A DNA stretch of 32,000 nucleotides from Caldimicrobium thiodismutans (GTDB lineage: Bacteria > Desulfobacterota > Thermodesulfobacteria > Thermodesulfobacteriales > Thermodesulfobacteriaceae), in NCBI RefSeq assembly GCF_001548275.1, contig NZ_AP014945.1, positions 960,001 through 992,000 on the forward strand. Reading direction: 5' to 3'. The position numbers and the translations under genes are program-made. Each line of letters opens with the position of its first letter. The stretch's first letter is position 1. Under the pieces are notes generated by a model, which saw only the letters and a program-made list of their open reading frames with translations, ran no database searches and was not told the DNA's origin. This document shows, piece after piece, positions 25,406 through 32,000 of the stretch.

Positions 25406-26382
25406 AAGAATGGATTGAAAAAATAAGAGAGGACCTGGGAGAGGAAATTAAAATCCTTTTTTATGAACCTGATCCCTTTATAGCCGAACTCTTAGAGGAG
25501 GTTTTGCAGGATTCAGGAGTTAATCTCAAGGTCACTCAGAGCTTAAAAACAATTCTCCCACACCTCACAGAAAACACCTTTCAAATCTTAATTATGGCGA
25601 TTGAAGCAGGTATTGAGGAGGAACTCTCTGTAATTGAAAAGGTCAAAGAGTTTAAAAAGGATCTTTTGGTATATGCTATGGTAGATTATCATAAAAATCT
25701 TGATATTTCCTCATTATTTATGGCTGGGGCAGATGAGGTTATTTTTAAACCCTTTTCTCTTGGTGAGTTTAGAGCAAGGCTCTGGAGGCTACTTAAGGAA
25801 TATTACCTCACTAAAAAGATTGAAAAGACAATCGTTGAAGATGCCTTAACCGGTGTTTATAACCGTAGATATTTTGAGATAACAATTCGTGAAGAGGCTT
25901 ACAGGGCCCTTAGACAAAAATTTCCCTTAACCCTTTTTATGATAGACCTTGACAAATTCAAATGGTATAATGATCATCTTGGGCACAAAGCAGGGGATAA
26001 GGTCTTAATAGTAGTGGGGGATGTTATCTGCCATAGTACACGGCTTAAAGTTGACAAGGTTTGTAGATATGGTGGAGACGAATTTGTAGTAATCCTGCCC
26101 TATACAGATTGGAAACAATCTCTTAAGGTTATAGAGAGGATCTTTAAGAAATGGAGGCGCCTTCCCTTTGAACCTGTTACCCTCTCAATTGGCGTTGCAG
26201 AGCTTATTGACCGGGGAAGTCTTGAAGCAAGTGTTTCTGATTTAATCAATCGTGCAGATTCAGCTATGTATAAAGCCAAAAAAAGAGAGGGTAACACCTT
26301 TGTGGTAGATGAAGAGACCCTTAAACTATCCTCAAACGCAGGACCTCCTGAAGGGGTTTTATCTTTTCAGGTTTTACAATAA
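25396..26382 (+). CDS. Pseudo-receiver (REC-like) / GGDEF diguanylate cyclase
   Basis: 328-aa ORF overlapping the upstream gene by 10 nt. REC-like N-terminus with Ala at the phospho-acceptor position (ILIMAIEAG) and the conserved KPF retained. GGDEF domain with intact RYGGDEFVV. The I-site position reads LKVD, not RxxD. Confidence 0.8.
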   Translation: MGLKEWIEKIREDLGEEIKILFYEPDPFIAELLEEVLQDSGVNLKVTQSLKTILPHLTENTFQILIMAIEAGIEEELSVIEKVKEFKKDLLVYAMVDYHKNLDISSLFMAGADEVIFKPFSLGEFRARLWRLLKEYYLTKKIEKTIVEDALTGVYNRRYFEITIREEAYRALRQKFPLTLFMIDLDKFKWYNDHLGHKAGDKVLIVVGDVICHSTRLKVDKVCRYGGDEFVVILPYTDWKQSLKVIERIFKKWRRLPFEPVTLSIGVAELIDRGSLEASVSDLINRADSAMYKAKKREGNTFVVDEETLKLSSNAGPPEGVLSFQVLQ

Positions 26383-28306
26383 CCTCCATCCCTGCGTGAA
26401 GATTATTTTTTAAACTTAGGACCTCTCCTGTTAAATTATAATCAGGTAGATAGACCCTTGCCTTTCTGGCTTGAACCTCAAGGAGAATCCCTCTAAGGGT
26501 ATCTTGAGAATGGTATTTTTGCAAATATTTGAGCAGGAAATATTTCTTTCTTCTATTCTGAAGATAGTTAGCCCTCTGGAGATTACTCTGTAAATCTGGT
26601 AGAATCTTTAAAAGGTCCTCCTTGGAAAGGAACTTCTCACCTTTTAAATAGGCCTCAAGTTGGTATTGAGCGAGAAGATCCAGAAATCTGCGGATAGGTG
26701 AAGTAAGGGTCGTATAATAGGGCAGGCCAAGGCCTGAGTGATATCCAGGTTCGATGGAAAGCTCAGATTTGGCCATGAATTTAAGCTGTAAAATTTGATG
26801 ATAAAGGGAGTCAAAGCGCTCCTCAATAGCCTGAAAGGGCTCTTTTTGAGTTCTGTAAAGCACCGGGATTTCTCTTTCTGCCATAAATTTTGCGGAATAA
26901 TAATTGGTGAGGATCATGGCCTCGGCAACAAGATCCCTGGAAGGCGTCATCTCTATCTTCTGAACAGTTATTTCACCATCAGGCAAAACTCTTACCTGAA
27001 TCTCTGGCAAGATCACTGCAAAGGCCCCTTTTTCATAGCGAATCTCTTTTTGTTTGATTAGCAAGGCATAAAGTCTCTTAAAAAAAAGGTCTCCCTTTAA
27101 AAGAAGGTTATCTACCTCTGTATAGGTATATCTTTCTTTTACCTGAATGAGGGATGGAATTATCTCAAAGGAACACACTTGATTAGCTGAATCTATTTCA
27201 AACTTGAAAGTTAAGGCAGGTCTTGGTTCATTCTTTTTCAGACTAAATTTTTCATGGGAAAGAGAAAATGGAAGCATTGGAAGGACTCCTTCAGGAAGAT
27301 AAAGGGTGGAAGCCCTCTCCAAAGCCCCTTCCCAAAGAGTTGAGCCCGGTCTTATATAACTGGCAACCTCTGCAATATGAACATAAAGCACCAAGTGTTC
27401 CCCTTTTTCTTCCACACTCAGAGCATCATCAAAGTCCTCGGTATCCGGAGCATCTATGGTAAAAGTAAAAAGCCCTGTAAGGTCTTTTAAAGAAGAGGAT
27501 CTTTGTAAAGTTTGGATTTTTTCTGCTTCCTCAAGTTCTTCTTTTTTGAATTCTGTTGGAAAGTTTAATTTTTCAAGTTCAAAAAACCAGTCCCTTTCAA
27601 TAAGGCAAGCCCGGGAAAGTAAATCCACAATCTTAAGAGGATCGTTTAGTTGATGTTTTTTCAAAACCTCCTCAGCAAGCCTTCCCATTTCAGTTGTCCC
27701 TTCTTTAAGCACAAACTCTTTTAAAGCCCTCTGCCAGAAAGATTCCCTGTCCTTAGATAAAGGACTTTGTTTTCCACTCATTAAAGCTGAAAGAAACATC
27801 TCTCCTTCGTTTAAGATTTTAAGCCTTTCATACTCCCTTTCCCTCTGAAGCTGTAAGGCCTTTACCTCTTCTCTTTTTCTTATCTTTAAGATATCTGGAG
27901 CTTCCAAGGCAAAATAAAGCTTATCTTCAAGGGCCTTACGCATAAAAGCAGCTACCTCATCACAATCAGGAATTCTGGCAAGATAGAGCTCCACAAGCTC
28001 CCAGGCGGATCCTTTATCCATCTCCTCTGTAACAATCTCCCAAAGTTCTCTTAAGTTAAAATTCTCCTTTAATTTTTCTCTTTTATCCTGTTTTTCCTTA
28101 AGTAAATTCTGAAGAAAAATAAGATTATCTGGATTAACTTTTTGTTTACCAATACTTACCACTGCTTGTGCACTTACCAGCTCTTCCCTTCCTGTGGGAA
28201 AAAGAAGGTGCAGTCTCTTACCCTTTATATCCTTAACAAAGGCAACTACTTTTTTATCCTTATAAAAGAGATCCACTAAGTGATAAAGAAGATTCTCAGG
28301 AGACAT
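26321..28306 (-). CDS. RNase II/R-family 3'-5' exoribonuclease (RNB domain, C-terminal S1-like)
   Basis: 661-aa ORF. RNB motifs FTIDAPDTEDFDDALS, LYVHIAEVAS, YLPEGVLPMLP, LTSPIRRFLDLL. The 3' end overlaps the convergent GGDEF gene by 62 nt. Confidence 0.85.
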   Translation of the reverse strand: MSPENLLYHLVDLFYKDKKVVAFVKDIKGKRLHLLFPTGREELVSAQAVVSIGKQKVNPDNLIFLQNLLKEKQDKREKLKENFNLRELWEIVTEEMDKGSAWELVELYLARIPDCDEVAAFMRKALEDKLYFALEAPDILKIRKREEVKALQLQREREYERLKILNEGEMFLSALMSGKQSPLSKDRESFWQRALKEFVLKEGTTEMGRLAEEVLKKHQLNDPLKIVDLLSRACLIERDWFFELEKLNFPTEFKKEELEEAEKIQTLQRSSSLKDLTGLFTFTIDAPDTEDFDDALSVEEKGEHLVLYVHIAEVASYIRPGSTLWEGALERASTLYLPEGVLPMLPFSLSHEKFSLKKNEPRPALTFKFEIDSANQVCSFEIIPSLIQVKERYTYTEVDNLLLKGDLFFKRLYALLIKQKEIRYEKGAFAVILPEIQVRVLPDGEITVQKIEMTPSRDLVAEAMILTNYYSAKFMAEREIPVLYRTQKEPFQAIEERFDSLYHQILQLKFMAKSELSIEPGYHSGLGLPYYTTLTSPIRRFLDLLAQYQLEAYLKGEKFLSKEDLLKILPDLQSNLQRANYLQNRRKKYFLLKYLQKYHSQDTLRGILLEVQARKARVYLPDYNLTGEVLSLKNNLHAGMEVIVKPEKIKPLQEVLRLRIV

Positions 28307-29032
28307 TTAAGATTCAGCAATTTTTAGGGCCTCTCTTAGATTGAGAGTTCCCTCATAGAGGGCCCTACCACTTATAACTCCATATAGACCTTTTTTCTCA
28401 AAGGGTTTAAGCTTGGCAATATCCTCTGTAGTCGTTACTCCCCCGGCTAAAATCAACTTATGCTTAGTAATGGTAAGGGCCTTCTCCAGACGCTCAAGCT
28501 CAACTCCCTTACCTGTTCCATCCCTCTCAATCAAAGTTAATATAACTGCAAAGAGGGGGAAACTATTTAATTCTTCAAGAAAATCAAGATATCCCACTTC
28601 ACTTAAGTTAAGCCAACCAGATAGAGCTACCCTTTCTCCCCTCACATCCACACTAACTATAAGTCTCTCAGGGAAGGCTACACATACCTCTTTAAGAAAC
28701 TCTCTTGACTCAAGGGCCTTGGTGCCCAAAATAACCTGTGAGACCTTGTCTTCCAAATAGGAAGAAATATTTTCTTTATCCCGGATCCCTCCTCCTACTT
28801 GAACAGGAATGTTCAGGTTTTTAGCTATCTCCTTAATAAGGGGCATGTGAAGAGGTTTACCTACTTTTGCTCCATCAAGGTCAATAATGTGTAATCTTTT
28901 GGCTCCTTCTCTTTCAAAGAAAAGGGCATATTCTAAAGGATTCTCGCCATAAACCTTGGTTTTTTCATAGTCGCCCTGAAAGAGTCTTACTACTTTGCCC
29001 TCTCTCAAATCAATAGCTGGGATAAAAAGCAT
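28307..29032 (-). CDS. hisA: HisA, 1-(5-phosphoribosyl)-5-[(5-phosphoribosylamino)methylideneamino]imidazole-4-carboxamide isomerase
   Basis: 241-aa ORF. IPAIDLREGKVVRLFQGDY, HIIDLDGA, VQVGGGIRD, GVISGRALYEG. Its stop abuts the RNase start codon. Confidence 0.9.
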   Translation of the reverse strand: MLFIPAIDLREGKVVRLFQGDYEKTKVYGENPLEYALFFEREGAKRLHIIDLDGAKVGKPLHMPLIKEIAKNLNIPVQVGGGIRDKENISSYLEDKVSQVILGTKALESREFLKEVCVAFPERLIVSVDVRGERVALSGWLNLSEVGYLDFLEELNSFPLFAVILTLIERDGTGKGVELERLEKALTITKHKLILAGGVTTTEDIAKLKPFEKKGLYGVISGRALYEGTLNLREALKIAES

Positions 29033-29044
29033 AAATGCTATCCC

Positions 29045-29698
29045 TTAAGGAAAGGTCTTCAGGATATTTTTAAGGCCTCTTTCTGCCAGCTCCTCTGCTG
29101 TCAACCACTTGATTTTACCATAAAGGGGGAGGTTGAGAATATTTTCGCTCAAGGGTTTTTGGGTTTCATCAAAGGTTCTCTGCCAGAGTATTCTTCCTGT
29201 TTCCCCTTCATAGAGCACAAGGGTAAAGGAGACTGAAGCAGGGGTATCAACACTCCAGCTACTACCCTTTCTTTGTTTGAATCTAAAAATTTTTCCATAA
29301 AGTAGCCCCTGTGCCTCTGTTTTCTGAGTAATATATCTCACCAGGGCTTCGGAGGTTTTAGCAAGACTTAAGCCCTCCTCAAGGAGAGTTTCATATTCAT
29401 TCTGTGAGAGAAATATAAAAGTGTATCTATCCTGTAAAGGGATTAAAGCAACTTTTAAGAGTTCATTCATCACCTCTCTGGCAGAGGGTTCAATCTCCCC
29501 GGGCACAATCCCAGTCACAGGACAATAAAAGGGAATAGGAGTCTCCGTAGGGCAATAATAATCAAAGGGCAAAACCACAATCGTTTTTAAGGTCTTAGAA
29601 AGAGTGGGGGGGAGGGTCTGAGGCCTTTCTGCTGGAGCACACCCCAAAAGAAATGAAAAAATAATCCCTAATAAAAAGGAATAAATAGCTCTTTTCAT
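29045..29698 (-). CDS. Putative lipoprotein of unknown function
   Basis: ATG 29698 (GGTGA SD 5 nt upstream) gives a textbook lipoprotein signal MKRAIYSFLLGIIFSFLLGC (lipobox LLGC). An upstream in-frame ATG at 29725 is an alternative start. Mature part contains a TIVVLPFDYY strand motif reminiscent of LpoB/TolB-N-like lipoproteins (weak). Confidence 0.65.
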   Translation of the reverse strand: MKRAIYSFLLGIIFSFLLGCAPAERPQTLPPTLSKTLKTIVVLPFDYYCPTETPIPFYCPVTGIVPGEIEPSAREVMNELLKVALIPLQDRYTFIFLSQNEYETLLEEGLSLAKTSEALVRYITQKTEAQGLLYGKIFRFKQRKGSSWSVDTPASVSFTLVLYEGETGRILWQRTFDETQKPLSENILNLPLYGKIKWLTAEELAERGLKNILKTFP

Positions 29699-29758
29699 CT
29701 CTTTCACCCATCTTTTTTTTAACATACTTTACCTGCAAAAATAAAGATTACAAGTATT

Positions 29759-29862
29759 GTGTATAAGTCCATATCTTTTGAGACTTAATGAGGCTTTTTC
29801 CATACCTTTTCCCCTCTTGAAAGAAAGGACAAAAATCTGTGTTAGGATATGAACTTATGCAC
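29759..29862. mobile_element. MITE-like inverted-repeat element, copy B (104 bp)
   Basis: Left terminus GTGTATAAGTCCATATCTTTTGAGACT (29759-29785). Right terminus AGGATATGAACTTATGCAC (29844-29862), whose reverse complement is GTGCATAAGTTCATATCCT. The interior matches copy A blocks 17571-17588 and 17617-17655, with a 30-nt and a ~210-nt deletion relative to A. Confidence 0.6.
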
Positions 29863-29983
29863 TCCAAATGATGCAAAGAAATACATAATGGACAAACACT
29901 TAAGTTTGCTCCTATAAAAGAGCCCCTACAAAAGGGATAAAAAAACGCATAAGTTCAATGTGGGGATTCACAATATTTATACA

Positions 29984-30001
29984 GGGGGGCTTACGCCCCC
30001 C
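29984..30001 (-). terminator. GC-rich hairpin downstream of the MFS-CBS gene (probable terminator)
   Basis: GGGGGGC-TTAC-GCCCCCC, a perfect 7-bp G/C stem 10 nt past the stop at 30011. Only a weak U-tract follows on the minus strand (TGTATAAATATT). Confidence 0.5.
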
Positions 30002-30010
30002 AATCCTCCT

Positions 30011-32000
30011 TTAGACAAGCTTTAATGCATCCTTTACAGAAATAACACCTACTACTCTCTGATCTCTTACAACAGGAAGGTGTCTTATCTTGTTATCAAT
30101 AAATTTTTCCAGAGCCTCTTTCAAACTGCTCTCAGGAGTGACAGTAACGACATTTTTAATCATAAACTCTATAACTGGTTTATTCCTATTTCCTTCCTCA
30201 CAACAAAGAATAGCCATCAAATCCTTTTCTGAAATAACCCCGGATAATTTACCAGTATCTGCATTAACAACCGGGATAAAACCTACATTTTTCTCCACCA
30301 TTAGTTTAGTAACCTCAATTATAGGTGTATTATCTTTCACAGTAATAGCAGGAGTCATAAACTCTTCAACGCGAATGCGCTCTGTAAAGGGCTTTTTAAC
30401 TCCGGCTGAGATAAGGGCAACCTCATTAAAGACATAACGGGGGTCAATATATCCGACGATTCTCTTATTTTGATCCACAACTGCAATACCCTTAACTCCA
30501 TACTGCTGAATTAGAACAATAGCATCAATTATTCTTGCGGAAGCATAGACTTCATCTACATCAACTACAACCTCTTTAAGTGGGGTGTTAATTGTTGCTC
30601 CGGTAACGAGGGCCTTAAGAAGAGATCTTTCTTCAACAATACCAAGGTATCTTCCTGTTTCAGTTCCATTATCAGTGACAATCGCTATTCTCTGACCTTC
30701 AATCTGAAGTCTTTTCATAGCCTCACCAATACTCATAGTTCCAGCTAAGATAAGGGCCTTATGAGCAAACTTTCCAGCTGAAAGCTCTTCCCAGAGTCTT
30801 TCTCCTTTAGTCTCCCAGCCTTTAAAGAGATAAAGGAGCCCCATTATCATAGGAATTATAGTTGCCCAAATAATTACAGATAGATAATGATTTCCAGTTA
30901 TTTTTAAAAGAAGGGTAATCATAAAGGGGGTCAAACCGCCAAAGACTCCATACCCCATGTTATAAGTAAATCCAATAGCAGTTGTTCTAACCTTAGCAGG
31001 AAATAGCTCAAGAAGCATAGCTGACATGGCTCCACTATAACCGATACCATTCATAAATGTGCCTGCAGCAACCAATAAAAAGAGCATGGTTTTATCAGGA
31101 GGATTGGCATAACCCTGCATCAAATAAAAAGTCAGGGGGAAAATTAGGGCATTACCATAGATCCCAAGGAGAAGGATGGGCTTTCTTCCAATTTTATCTG
31201 AGACCCATCCAAAGAAAAGATAAGTCCAGAGCACCACATAGGTTGCATAAGCTAACAAATCTTTGGTTAATTTTTTATCTACTCCTAAATCTCCTAAATA
31301 AAAGCTAACATAAAGTTGGTTAGTATACCAGATAGGACCATGGGCTCCAATCACACCAATCCAGGCAAGAATAAAGAGCCAGAGGTAGTGTTTATTAGTG
31401 AAAAGTTCTTTAATTGGGGCACTGGTAACCCTTCTAATCTGCTTAAGAGCTGTAAAAACCGGGGTCTCTTTATAAAGATAGTGAATAATGAGGGCTACGA
31501 CAAAAACTACTACACCGGCAATTACAAAGCACCATCTCCACCCTGTAGCCTCAAAAGCCTCTGTTCCAAAATAACCCTGAAGGGCTGAAGCAATATTTGC
31601 AGCAAGTGCCATACCAAAGGCAGGAGTTGTAAAAAGAAAGCCTGTGATGAGCCCTCTTCTGTGATCCGGTGTAAATTCCCCGAGGTAGGTAATAGCAGCT
31701 CCATATCCACCTCCTAAGGCAAGCCCCTGAATAATTCTAAGAATAAAAACTCCAATAGAGGCAAAAATTCCCAAGGTTTCATAACCTGGCAAAAGAGCAA
31801 TCCCAATAGTCCCAACCATCATCATGGAGATAGCTGTTAAAAAGGCAATTTTTCTACCATACTGGTCTCCGATCTTACCAAACATAAGAGCACCAACGGG
31901 TCTAAATAAAAAACCTATAGCTAAAGCTGCAAAGGAAGCCAATAAACTTGCCAAAGGGTCATGACTGGGAAAATAAACTTTGGCAAGGGTTTTAGCAAGA
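30011..32000 (-). CDS. MFS transporter (metabolite:H+ symporter/ProP-like) fused to four C-terminal CBS domains; 5' end runs off the window
   Basis: The reading frame stays open to position 32000 (LAKTLAKVYFPSHDPLASLL...). MHS-type motif RPVGALMFGKIGDQYGRK and about 12 TM helices. The last ~250 aa contain four CBS repeats, for example FMTPAITVKDNTPIIEVTKLM...GFIPVV and FMIKNVVTVTPESSLKEALEKF...HLPVV. Confidence 0.85.
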   Translation of the reverse strand, partial: LAKTLAKVYFPSHDPLASLLASFAALAIGFLFRPVGALMFGKIGDQYGRKIAFLTAISMMMVGTIGIALLPGYETLGIFASIGVFILRIIQGLALGGGYGAAITYLGEFTPDHRRGLITGFLFTTPAFGMALAANIASALQGYFGTEAFEATGWRWCFVIAGVVVFVVALIIHYLYKETPVFTALKQIRRVTSAPIKELFTNKHYLWLFILAWIGVIGAHGPIWYTNQLYVSFYLGDLGVDKKLTKDLLAYATYVVLWTYLFFGWVSDKIGRKPILLLGIYGNALIFPLTFYLMQGYANPPDKTMLFLLVAAGTFMNGIGYSGAMSAMLLELFPAKVRTTAIGFTYNMGYGVFGGLTPFMITLLLKITGNHYLSVIIWATIIPMIMGLLYLFKGWETKGERLWEELSAGKFAHKALILAGTMSIGEAMKRLQIEGQRIAIVTDNGTETGRYLGIVEERSLLKALVTGATINTPLKEVVVDVDEVYASARIIDAIVLIQQYGVKGIAVVDQNKRIVGYIDPRYVFNEVALISAGVKKPFTERIRVEEFMTPAITVKDNTPIIEVTKLMVEKNVGFIPVVNADTGKLSGVISEKDLMAILCCEEGNRNKPVIEFMIKNVVTVTPESSLKEALEKFIDNKIRHLPVVRDQRVVGVISVKDALKLV

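Overview
AT-rich, gene-dense bacterial chromosomal window with about 27 protein-coding genes. I found no rRNA, tRNA or CRISPR array. The K/E/I/L/F-rich proteins and the gene content (multihaem cytochrome c, membrane polyferredoxin, DsrE-like protein, cytochrome bd, radical SAM) suggest a thermophilic anaerobe, possibly Thermodesulfobacteriota-like; this is inference only. Most genes are housekeeping. On the minus strand proA-nadD-mutS-LysM/AMIN amidase-namZ form a tightly coupled chain, and lipoprotein-hisA-RNase II/R form a second operon. On the plus strand are an HDOD/degenerate-GGDEF gene, tlyA, usp, ccsA-like, hemA, cydAB, and an IMPase-NUDIX fusion coupled to a pseudo-receiver GGDEF cyclase. 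Four things deserve a second look. (1) An in-frame TGA at 21046-21048 joins two multihaem cytochrome c ORFs into one 562-aa, 12-haem protein, with a weak hairpin at SECIS distance. This is a candidate new selenoprotein, or else a pseudogene or readthrough. (2) A 644-bp ORF-free gap (17505-18148) lies beside an orphan AAA-ATPase-like/PD-(D/E)XK gene. (3) A MITE-like inverted-repeat element family has three copies (78-186, 17544-17887, 29759-29862) plus solo ends. (4) A REPIN-like pair of inverted hairpins inside the longest copy shows a compensatory base-pair change. Two unusual domain fusions (MFS transporter with 4 CBS domains; IMPase with NUDIX) are also flagged. All family calls come from motif recognition by eye; no database search was run.
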